A stretch of 64,000 nt of DNA from Macrostomum lignano (taxonomy: Eukaryota), in contig NIVC01000586.1 in assembly GCA_002269645.1 (NCBI GenBank), forward strand, positions 186,001-250,000, in the 5' to 3' direction. Both the position numbers and the translations under genes were made by a program. Below are positions 37,336-47,625 of this stretch, in pieces (position 1 is the first letter of the stretch; each line of letters starts with the position of its first letter). The notes below the pieces were generated by a model, which was not told the origin of the DNA, did no database searches, and saw only the letters and a list, made by a program, of their open reading frames with translations.

Positions 37336-40300
37336 ATGACGGACATTCTGCCTAGCCACTCCATCACCGGGGGCGTTTTTTCACCCCTGACCCTGTTCGA
37401 GTCCACCATCACCAACGCGCAGATGCTGGTGGAGTCCATGGCCGAGCGGGAGCTGTTCTCCGCCCTGCGCATCATCGGCGGCCTGCACAGCCACGTTGTC
37501 CAGGTCATGGAGCCGCGCTACGGCCGCCTGTGTGAGCGCAGCGACCACCTCGCCGAGCTGGAGGCTGCCGGCCTGGATCAAAGCCACGGCTCCGCTGCCG
37601 AGGCTGCCGAAGCCACTTCATCCTCGTCGGCTGCTGCCGCTTCTAGCAGACGCTTCGCTAAGGAGGAGAAACTGCTAGGCGACACCGACACGGAGCAGCA
37701 GTGCACCTCCGTGCTGCGCTCCGCCCTTGGCACCATCAAGGTATTTCCTATTCACCGCGTTGTGATGTCGGCGCCTTTCCTATTATATTTGATGTCGCGG
37801 ACTTTCCCATCTCCTCTGATGTCGCCGACTTTCCCATCTCCTCTGATGTCGCCGACTTTCCCATCTCTGATGTCGCCGCCTTTCCCATCTTTTTTTATGT
37901 CGCCGCCTTTCCCCACTCCTTTGATGTCGCCGCCTTTCCCCACTCCTTTGATGTCGCCGCCTTTCCCGTCTCTTTGATGTCGCCGTCATTCTCTTCTCTT
38001 CTCTTCTGGTGCTCAACAGATGGAGAACTTTGACGCGGCCGGCGCTTCCGCCCTGCCATCCGCCGCTAACGCAAACTTCGGCGAACAGCTGGAGCCGCCG
38101 GAGATCTTGGAAGAGGACGCCGATGATGAAGACGAGGATGACGATTGCGTCATCACCGACTACTTCGACGACAGCAGCTTTGGCGCTAGCGGCATCGGCG
38201 CCTTCGGTGGCGTCGGCCCGTCGCCCGCCAAAATGCCGCGACTCGGCGGGGTCGGCGGCGGCGCAGGCGACAGCTCGATGCCGGCCGAGTGCAAGACCAT
38301 CATGCGCCGGGCTTACAAAGCTCTCAAGGGCAACGGGCCGCATCTGTTTGACTTCAGCCTGCCGTGAGTCTCCTTAGCTGGCACGCCGGTTACCAGTCCC
38401 GGCCTCAGTCTGGAAACGCCTCTAGAAATCTTCGACTTTACATCAGCCAAAATGCAAACCCTGGTTAGGCTACCCTGAACAAACCCTGAGCCACCCCTGA
38501 ACAAACCCTGAGCCACCCCTGAACTCAAGTCTGAGCCATTCCCTGAACTCAACCCTGAGCCACCCCTTGAACTCAACCCTGAGCCACCCCCTGAACTTAA
38601 CCCTGAGCCACCCCCTGAGCTCAATCCTGAGCCACCCCCTGAACTCAACTCTGAGCCACCCCCTGAACTCAACTCTGAGCCACCCCCTGAACTCAACTCT
38701 GAGCCACCCCCTGAACTCAAATCTGAGCCACCCCCTGAACTCAACTCTGAGCCACCCCCTGATCTCAACCCTGAGCCAGCCCCTGAACTCAACCCTGAGC
38801 CACCCTTGAACTCAACCCTGAGCCAGCCCTGATCTCTGTGGACTCAAGAGCGCCGCCTCCCCCACCGCCGGCCCCACAGCTTCTCTTCGGAGCACAACCA
38901 GCGAGTTGCCACCCGCGTCACCGCCAAAGCCAAGGAGATGGCCCAGGGCAAGGGCTGGCCCGAGGACATTTGGCTGAGTGAGAAACAGTGCCGCTTTTTG
39001 TGCATTTAGATATAAAGTTTGATAAGTTGATAAATGATGTGTAGAATACAACTCTTAATTAAGATTACACTGCGTATGAAGTAGTTAATAGAATAGATTA
39101 ATCGTAAAATCTTATCTTAGTTATATTCTATTAATACTACTCGCACAGACTAGCCAAGTAGTATCTATAGGCTGCGCTAATTTGCTAATTTTACCTGCCC
39201 TCAAGTCTGGAAACGTCGCAAGTAATTTGGGTACAAGAAATATTTAATAACTAATTTTAATCTCCTTTCAACTTGGGCTGCTTCTAATAGGTTCATGTCT
39301 GACTATTTGAGACACAATCAGAGACTTAATTATGCATTAATTATCTAATTAATTATTTGCATTATTTCTATTGCCGAACTGCCTACAGTTAGCAGGTGGT
39401 AAAGCGATGTAATGCTACTGAGACTGTTGCCTATTCGACGTTTCTTATTGGCCATTTAGAATGAGTTTTGAATAAAGCTGAACTGCTCAACTCACACTTA
39501 GAACTGCCCTACGGCTCAAGGCTAGTCTACCTGTACCTGGATTTTCGGCAAAAGATGAGGTTTAAGCATCGATGCGTTGTAAGCTTTGCTGGTCATCTCT
39601 GTTTCTATCGGTTTTTTGTGTCACACCAGCCTCCACTGTCCTGCTTGCGATGTTCGCCCAGACTCGCGTCTTTATAACAGGCTTTGCTCAAAACAGTTTT
39701 GCCAATATGTTTCTGGCCTCCAATTTGCCCAGGGCTGCCCAAAGAGTCCAGAGTAAATCGGATTCACTGCACCTATGGAGCCCGTCTGCGCGCCAAGCAC
39801 AGGCAGATTGTGAGTTCCCTCCCCCTGTGCCCTCCCCTGTACCTTGATGAGCCGCCTCTCCCCCTGTGCCTTTGATGAGCCGCCTCTCCCCTTGTGCCTT
39901 TGATAAGCCGCCTCCCTCCCCCTGTGCCTTTGATAAGCCGCCTCCCTCCCCCTGAGCCTTTGATGAGCCGCCTCTCCCCATGTGCCTTTGATCAGCCGCC
40001 TCTGCCCCTGTGCCTTTGATGAGCGGCCTCCCTTCCCCTGAGCCTTTGATAAGCCGCCTCTCCCCTGAGCCTTTGATGAGCCGCCTCTCCCCTTGTGCCT
40101 TTGATAAGCCGCCTCCCTCCCCTGAGCCTTTGATAAGCCGCCTCTCCCCTTGTGCCTTTGATAAGCCGCCTCCCTCCCCCTGAGCCTTTGATGAGCCGCC
40201 TCTCCCCCATGTGCCTTTGATCAGCCGCCTCTGCCCCTGTGCCTTTGATGAGCGGCCTCCCTTCCCCTGAGCCTTTGATAAGCCGCCTCTCCCCTGAGCC

Positions 40301-43300
40301 TTTGATGAGCCGCCTCTCCCCTTGTGCCTTTGATAAGCCGCCTCCCTCCCCCTGTGCCTTTGATAAGCCGCCTCCCTCCCCCTGAGCCTTTGATGAGCCG
40401 CCTCTCCCCACGTGCCTTTGATCAGCCGCCTCTGCCCCTGTGCCTTTGATGAGCGGCCTCCCTTCCCCTGAGCCTTTGATAAGCCGCCTCTCCCCTGAGC
40501 CTTTGATGAACCGCCTCTCCCCTTGTGCCTTTGATAAGCCGCCTCCCTCCCCTGTGCCTTTGATAAGCCGCCTCCCTCCCCCTGAGCCTTTGATGAGCCG
40601 CCTCTCCCCCATGTGCCTTTGATCAGCCGCCTCTGCCCCTGTGCCTTTGATGAGCGGCCTCCCTTCCCCTGAGCCTTTGATAAGCCGCCTCTCCCCTGAG
40701 CCTTTGATGAGCCGCCTCTCCCCTTGTGCCTTTGATAAGCCGCCTCCCTCCCCCTGTGCCTTTGATAAGCCGCCTCTCCCCTTGTGCCTTTGATAAGCCG
40801 CCTCCCTCCCCCTGAGCCTTTGATAAGCCGCCTCTCCCCTTGTGCCTTTGATGAGCCGCCTCTCCCCTTGTGCCTTTGATAAGCCGCCTCCCTCCCCTGA
40901 GCCTTTGATAAGCCGCCTCTCCCCTTGTGCCTTTGATCAGCCGCCTCTCCCCCTGTGCCTTTGATAAGCCGCCTCCCTCCCCCCTGAGCCTTTGATGTCC
41001 GCCTGTCTTTGCGCTGGGTTAAGCAAGTCAGTGATAAATAAGTCTACAATTTTACAATCAATTCGACGTTTCCCGTCTGGACAGTTGGCTAAAAACTCTC
41101 GCCTATAAGTGCACCCAGAGTCTGAGGCGATTTTCCCGCAGGACTGCCGAAAGTCGGCCGCCTGTCCGAGATTTTCTTTGTTTTCAGAAGTCAAATCCGA
41201 AACAAGCTGCGACTCGTTGTACGCAATTGTCACAGTTCCGCACTTTCTCTGTTGTGTTGGGAATTTTTCTGTCAAAAATTTTCTACGATGCATATCGGCG
41301 TTTCCTGACTAAAGTTGAGCAGATTTGGCTTTGCGTAGCAAATTTCTACCAAAGTCGCTATCGTCTACTCACGCCAGTCAGTAGTGTATTGAGGAGTGCT
41401 CGGCTCACTTTTTACATCTATTTTTAGATCTGCCTTCCAGCGGCAAAATCAGGAAGATGTTCACCGATTTTAGGCAGAAGATGCGCGCTAGGCTGGTGCT
41501 TGGCGTGCGTGCCCGATTTTCTCTGTTTAGGTTTTTATTTAATTTTTTGACGTTTCCCGGCTGCCTGTAAGCTCACTGCTGTGTGAGGCTTGTGCTTGCT
41601 AACACTTGACCTGACTGCCCCGCTGTTGCAGGGCTGCCACACACCGGCCGGCCGACCGCCATATTCAACGATTTTAGAAAGAAAATGCGCACCAGGTTTC
41701 GAATGGATGTTAGTGATAATTGCTTTAGGTGTTTCTATGGGGCTCTGCGAATTCCGCTTCAGTGCTGAGACGTTTCCCGACAATGGCCGGGTGCTGCAAT
41801 TGTGCGAACCCCCCTGTGTCCGTCACGCCACCGACTGCCGCTTGCAGATCTGCCGCCCAAGGCCCGCCTGCTCGCCATTTTTGGCGACTTTAAAAAGAAA
41901 AGGCGATTCAAGTCCCGCTCTGATGTCAGTGCAGCTGGGTGGCTTTTCGCCTCATCTGTGTTGTCTGTTTTCCCCCATTTTTGCTTGCACTGCCTTGGCT
42001 GGGTAGGCAGGGTAGCTAGATTGGTAGACAGACAAATTGATTGATTGACAGACAGGCAGGCAGGCAAACAAACACTAAGATAGGCAAACAGACAGACACA
42101 GATACGCTAGCAGACCAACGCAATTGCGCGGTGCACCGTGGGGGGGGGGTGAGGCTGTACATTGCTGGCACTGTTGGGCCAGCCGCCCTTACTCGCTGTA
42201 ACTTATCGCTCAGCCTGTTACAATGCCAGACGCAATGCCAGACGTTTCCTGACAACTCAGACTGTGAATTGTACAGCACACAGAATTGCCAGCAAACAGT
42301 TCCCCATCGCGCGCGTTGCAGAGCTGCCCATGAACAGCCGATTGATCTGCATATTCGCCGACTTTAGAAAGAAGATGCGCAACAGATTTCGTTCAGATGT
42401 TGGTCCGGGTTCAAAACTCGATTTCAGAGCTTTCAGGCTGCGATATGAAAATATTTGTTACATGCTATTGGAACTACTGTACTGACTGCTGATCAGTAGT
42501 CAATGCCATCATGATGTGAAAAATGTTTTCCTCTCTGATTTGCTTCTGTTTAAACTGTACTGAGCTGTCGAAAAGCCACTGCATGACCTGAGCTATGACT
42601 GAAAAGCCACTGCATGACCTGATCTATGACTGAAAAGCCACTGCATGACCTGATCTATGACTGAAAAGCCACTGCATGACCTGATCTATGACTGAAAAGC
42701 CACTGCATGAGATCTGAGCTATGACTGAAAAGCCACTGCATGAGATCTGAGCTATGACTGAAAAGCCACCACTCTATGACCTGAGCTATGACTGAAAAGC
42801 CACCACTCTATGACCTGAGCTATGACTGAAAAGCCACCACTCTATGACATGAGCTGTGACTGAAAAGCCACCACTCTATGACCTGAGCTATGACTGAAAA
42901 GCCACTGTATGAAGGCTATGACTGAAATGAATCTCAAAGCAGCCAGCTCTCGCAGTCTTGCCTCGCTTCCCCCGAACTTGCAGAAGCTGAACCGCCGTCA
43001 GAAAAGTTTCGAACTCGTGGCCACCAGCCTGACCTCTGACGAGCTGGAGAAGTTCCGCGTGATCCTCACCAGGGAGTACACCAGCTCGGATGAGGAGTGC
43101 GGCTCCGGCGGCGCCGACCAGCTGCGGGTCCGCGAGCTGTCCTGGGAGTCCGACGAGGTGAAGCGGCTGAAGCGGCAGCTGGACCAGGTGTACGCGGACA
43201 ACTGCGCCACCACCAAGCAGAAGCAGCAGCTGGCCAGGTGCATCCGCGACCCCGTCCGATCGCGGTCGCAGCGGCCGCCGCCCGAGGCTGCGCCAAGCTG

Positions 43301-43373
43301 GGCTTTGAAGGCGCCGCTGCAGAAGAACCGGCCGGGAGACGGCGCTCCGCCGCCCGCCTCCGGCACCGCCTGA
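37336..43373 (+). CDS. C14orf93/DUF4616-like putative DNA-binding protein, paralog B, with seven alternative 77-nt exons
   Basis: Exons 37336-37740, 38020-38363, 38880-38977 (98 nt, same length as in gene A), one 77-nt variable exon, then 42984-43373; ~437 aa. Shares FSPLTLFE-TITNAQML, KGNGPHLFDF, KL-RRQKSFEL, YTSSDEE, LRVREL-WES and PSWAL with gene A. Confidence 0.82.
37780..37990. repeat. ~27-bp minisatellite filling gene B intron 1
   Basis: tgatgtcgccgcctttccc units. Confidence 0.88.
38470..38830. repeat. 24-bp minisatellite in gene B intron 2
   Basis: gagccaccccctgaactcaactct. Confidence 0.92.
39205..39222 (+). promoter_or_regulatory. Docking site GTCTGGAAACGTCGCAAG for the gene B mutually exclusive exon cluster
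   Basis: Its reverse complement (CTTGCGACGTTTCCAGAC) is partly matched upstream of all seven variable exons: 39436-39444, 39644-39663, 41064-41073, 41296-41309, 41549-41557, 41767-41781, 42241-42253. Confidence 0.75.
39502..39578 (+). CDS. Gene B variable exon B1 (77 nt): KLPYGSRLVYLYLDFRQKMRFKHRCV
   Basis: cttag acceptor, GTAAGC donor, phase 1-0. Confidence 0.82.
39733..39809 (+). CDS. Gene B variable exon B2 (77 nt): RLPKESRVNRIHCTYGARLRAKHRQI
   Basis: cccag acceptor, GTGAGT donor, phase 1-0. Confidence 0.8.
39830..40995. repeat. ~28-30-bp minisatellite between exons B2 and B3
   Basis: gcctttgataagccgcctctccccttgt variants. Confidence 0.95.
41142..41218 (+). CDS. Gene B variable exon B3 (77 nt): RLPKVGRLSEIFFVFRSQIRNKLRLV
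   Basis: ttttcccgcag acceptor, GTACGC donor, phase 1-0. Confidence 0.8.
41428..41504 (+). CDS. Gene B variable exon B4 (77 nt): NLPSSGKIRKMFTDFRQKMRARLVLG
   Basis: tttttag acceptor, GTGCGT donor, phase 1-0. Confidence 0.82.
41632..41708 (+). CDS. Gene B variable exon B5 (77 nt): RLPHTGRPTAIFNDFRKKMRTRFRMD
   Basis: gttgcag acceptor, GTTAGT donor, phase 1-0. Confidence 0.82.
41848..41924 (+). CDS. Gene B variable exon B6 (77 nt): NLPPKARLLAIFGDFKKKRRFKSRSD
   Basis: cttgcag acceptor, GTCAGT donor, phase 1-0. Confidence 0.82.
42322..42398 (+). CDS. Gene B variable exon B7 (77 nt): KLPMNSRLICIFADFRKKMRNRFRSD
   Basis: gttgcag acceptor, GTTGGT donor, phase 1-0. Confidence 0.82.
42570..42925. repeat. 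~30-bp minisatellite before the last exon of gene B
   Basis: ctatgactgaaaagccactgcatgacctgag. Confidence 0.92.
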
Positions 43374-43419
43374 CCGCCTTCGCGAGTTACTCCTGCTTGA
43401 CCTGACTTCATCTGCCCTT

Positions 43420-43760
43420 CTCCGTTATCCGCTCCCATACGCCCTTACCCTCCGTTATTCGCCCGTCCATTCGCCCTTACCCTCCGTTATCCGCCCCCTC
43501 ATCCGCCCTTACCCTCCGTTATTCGCCCCTCCAGCCGCCCTTATTTTCCGTTATCCGCCACCTCATCCGCCCTTTCTCTACGTTATCCGCCCCCACCCGC
43601 CCTTACCCTCCGTTATCCGCCCCCTCATCCGCCCTTACCCTCCGTTATTCGCCCCCTCATCCGCCCTTACCCTCCGTTATTCGCCCCTCCAGCCGCCCTT
43701 TCTCTTTATCCGCCCCCTTTCTTGCCCTTGCTCTCACAGTCCCTGTTATCCGCCCCGCCT
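43420..43760. repeat. C-rich degenerate repeat in the gene B 3' region
   Basis: ccgcccttaccctccgttat units. Confidence 0.85.
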
Positions 43761-44284
43761 CCGCTCAGTCGCAGTTCGCAAGCGCGGACCAGTATTCGAA
43801 CCCGGGGCAACGAGTTATTGAACTGTTATTAAAAGCCGCTCTGTGCCCTCCTGTTTGCGCGTCTGCAATCCCCTGTGCCGCTGTTCAATGTACATTGACT
43901 TGTGTTTTATTGAATATTTTCTGTTCGTGGCAGACTTTGCATTTTTATTTTTGTAAACTATTTGAGTATCAATATATTTGCTTTGTCAATCACCCATCAA
44001 TTAGCATGGACTGTTTTATTTTTCATTAATATACACCCGCGTTTAATCACAATGTCCAGGCTCTGTTGAACTGCAATTGAATGTCTTTAACCAGGCAAAT
44101 ACAGAACCGCCAACGCATTAACAACTGCTTATTCAATTATCAATTGCTGTTGCGAAATGATCGAATTCTTATCGATAAATATCTTGATAAGCTGGCTGCT
44201 TTATTTTGAAAATAGATTTTTGCAATTGCATTATCAAAAATATCAGTTTAGTTTGTGGACCCTGAAATAATTGGGAATCACCAA

Positions 44285-45850
44285 AGTGAGATCTGCAATC
44301 GTGGTGGATCCTCTAAGTGAGACCTGCAATCATGGGGGGGATCCTCACAGTGAGATCTGAAATCACGGGGGATCCTCACAGTGAGATCTGCAACCATGGG
44401 GGATCCCTAATGTGAGAGCTGCAACCATGAGGGGATCCTCACAGTGAGATCTGCATCCATGAGGGGATCCTCACAGTGAGATCTGCAACCATGAGGGGAT
44501 CCTCACAGTGAGATCTGCAATCATGGGGGATCGAAGTGAGATCTGCAATCATGGGGGATCGAAGTGAGATCTGCAATCATGGGGGATCCCCAAAGTGAGA
44601 TCTGCATCCATGAGGGGATCCTCACAGTGAGATCTGCAATCATGGGGGATCCCCAAAGTGAGATCTGCATCCATGAGGGGATCCTCACAGTGAGATCTGC
44701 AATCATGGGGGATCGAAGTGAGATCTGCAATCATGGGGGATCGAAGTGAGATCTGCAATCATGGGGGATCCCCAAAGTGAGATCTGCATCCATGAGGGGA
44801 TCCTCACAGTGAGATCTGCAATCATGGGGGATCCCCAAAGTGAGATCTGCAATCATGGGGGATCCTCACAGTGAGATCTGCAATCATGGGGGATCCTCAC
44901 AGTGAGATCTGCAATCATGGGGGATCCTCACAGTGAGATCTGCAATCATGGGGGATCCTCACAGTGAGATCTGCAATCATGAGGGATCCTCACAGTGAGA
45001 TCTGCAATCATGGGGGATCCTCACAGTGAGATCTGCAATCACGGGGGGATCCCCAAAGTGAGATCTGCAACCATGGGGGGATCCTCACAGTGAGATCTGC
45101 AATCACGGGGGGATCCTCATAGTGAGATCTGCAATCACGGGGGATCCTCGAAGTGAGATCTGCAATCACGGGGGATCCTCGAAGTGAGATCTGCAATCAT
45201 GGGGGGATTCTTTAAGTAAGATCTGCAATCATGGGGGGATCCTCACAGTAAGATCTGCAACCATGGGGGGATCCTCACAGTGAGATCTGCAATCACGGGG
45301 GGATCCTCATAGTGAGATCTGCAATCACGGGGGATCCTCGAAGTGAGATCTGCAATCACGGGGGATCCTCACAGTGAGATCTGCAACCATGGGGGGATCC
45401 TCACAGTGAGATCTGCAATCATGGGGGATCCCCAAAGTGAGATCTGCATCCATGGGGGGATCCTCACAGTGAGATCTGCAATCATGGGGGATCCTCACAG
45501 TGAGATCTGCAACCATGGGGGGATCCTCACAGTGAGATCTGCAATCACGGGGGATCCTCGAAGTGAGATCTGCAATCATGGGGGATCCTCACAGTAAGAT
45601 CTGCAACCATGGGGGGATCCTCACAGTGAGATCTGCATCCATGGGGGGATCCTCACAGTGAGATCTGCAATCATGGGGGATCCTCACAGTGAGATCTGCA
45701 ATCACGGGGGGATCCTCATAGTGAGATCTGCAATCACGGCGGATCCTCACAGTGAGATCTGCAATCACGGCGGATCCTCACAGTGAGATCTGCAATCACG
45801 GGGGATCCCCAGAGTAAAATCTACAATCATGGGGGATCCCAAAGTGAGAT
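44285..45850. repeat. ~31-bp minisatellite
   Basis: gagatctgcaatcatgggggatcctcacagt. Confidence 0.96.
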
Positions 45851-46327
45851 CTTTCGGCCTCATCAATCGTCATTGGACATTCGAACTTCTGAGAACATTG
45901 AGAAGTCAGTCCTACGTTACACAATTTTAAGCGGCCCACATACAGGTTAGACGCCCCAAAGACTGTTTGCGAGCTTTGTTTGTCCAATGCTGTTTATTTA
46001 ACTTTCTTCGCGCGGACTGCGAGCCCAGAGCGCTGAGTTGCGCTGCTGGGTAACTGCTGAGATGAATTTTGGCTTTGCTTGCTCACGGCTCAGCAGCGCT
46101 CAGCTTCTGCATGCGATGCAGAAGGCAAATATAATTTCTTAATTCATAGCAGCAGAGAATTGAGTACAAGCTCGAGATTTGAGCCGAGCAAATTCAAGTG
46201 TCTTCGGTGTTGCCGAGCCCCATGGCAACCTCGGAATACACAATTCGGAGTTTGAGTTTGAGTTGAAAAATACTGCGCACTGCACGGCAGCGACGGCAGA
46301 GCAGAGAAGCAGAGCAGAAGCAGCAAG

Positions 46328-47200
46328 ATGCCGATCTCTTCCGGAGCGGGTGGCAAGCCCAACTCCTACTTCAATCCCGGCAACGCCCTCTCCCGTCGGC
46401 CCTCGGTCAGCAGCGCCGCCAACAGCGGCAACTACGGCGGTGGCGGCAGTCCCGGCTATTACTACGGCAGCTACGGCGGCGAGCCCGTTGCTATGGCAAC
46501 AGGCGCGGCCGCTACGCCCAGGGGAGTTCAGGTGGGTCCGTATGATTATGGCTAATAGGCCTGCATGTGCTCCGCTGTGGCGGGATCCCGGATCACTCGT
46601 GCCATACCGGCACTCTATTCGTCACTCCATGGCACTCCAACTTCACACCCCGAATCCCAGGTTGTGGACATTTCCAGCGGCCGGGTCCCCCAGAACGCGC
46701 AGGCCTCGGTGACCCGTGACGCCCCGGCCGGCCGGCGCTGCTGCCCCTGCCCGGCCCGCGGGCGGCCGGAGATGAAGATGCCGGCCATGCCGAAGAGCAA
46801 AATGGCCACCGCGGGCGGCGCCGTCACCCGGCACGGCTGCTGCATCTTCCTGATCGGCCTGCTGGCCCTGGCCATCGCCGCCGGCCTCATCGCCGGCCTG
46901 TACTTCCTGTGCACCGGCCTCAGCGGCATCCGGTCCGACAGGGGCGCCTTCTACCTCATCCCGGGCAGGCGGCCCGGCGACCTCATGTGGGTCATCTACG
47001 GCACCCTGCAGGAGTGCGAACCCGTGACCACCAGCTCGTCCACCACCAGCACCACCACCACCACGAGCACCACCACCACCGCCACCACCGCGGCCACCAG
47101 CGGGACCACCGAGTCAACGACTCCTACCACCACGGCTGCGGCCACCACCTCGGGCACCACTCTAATCTCCTGCGCCAGCACCACCTACCGATACCAGCAG
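46328..47200 (+). CDS. Unknown type II membrane protein: Gly/Tyr-rich cytosolic N-terminus, Cys-flanked TM helix, Thr-rich mucin-like stalk
   Basis: Exons 46328-46531 and 46661-47200 (GT-AG, phase 0, GC3-rich). TM segment GCCIFLIGLLALAIAAGLIAGLYFLC. A possible terminal exon at 47819-47950 is uncertain. Confidence 0.65.
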
Positions 47201-47274
47201 GTGAGATTGATGTGTTTCAGGTGTGCAATTCAAATTGGAGGGATAGGATATGGTAAGATACATAAAAGGCATAT

Positions 47275-47625
47275 AATTATCAGGTGAAAATGGAGTGGGG
47301 TGGTTGGCTTATAGTTATCAGGTGAGAATGGAGCTTTGGGGTTGTTGGCTCTTAATTATCAGGTGAGAATGGAGTGGGGTGGTTGGCTTTAATTATCAGG
47401 TGAGAATGGAGTGGGGTGGTTGGCTTGAATTATCAGGTGAGAATGGAGTGGGGTGGTTGGCTTTAATTATCAGGTGAGAATGGAGTGGGGTGGTTGGCTT
47501 GAATTATCAGGTGAGAATGGAGTGGGGTGTTTGGCTTTAATTATCAGGTGAGAATGGAGTGGGGTGGTTGGCCCTTAATTATCAGGTGAGAATGGAGTGG
47601 GGTGGTTGGCTTATAATTATCTGGT
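47275..47625. repeat. ~38-bp minisatellite containing CAG|GTGAGA
   Basis: attatcaggtgagaatggagtggggtggttggc units. Confidence 0.93.

Noticed and set aside
41227-41427. ORF containing KIFYDAYRRFLTK resembling the cassettes
   Set aside because: No in-phase AG acceptor; it overlaps the B4 selector.
43780-43812. B-box-like GGTTCGAATAC on the minus strand (possible tRNA)
   Set aside because: No A-box or cloverleaf nearby.
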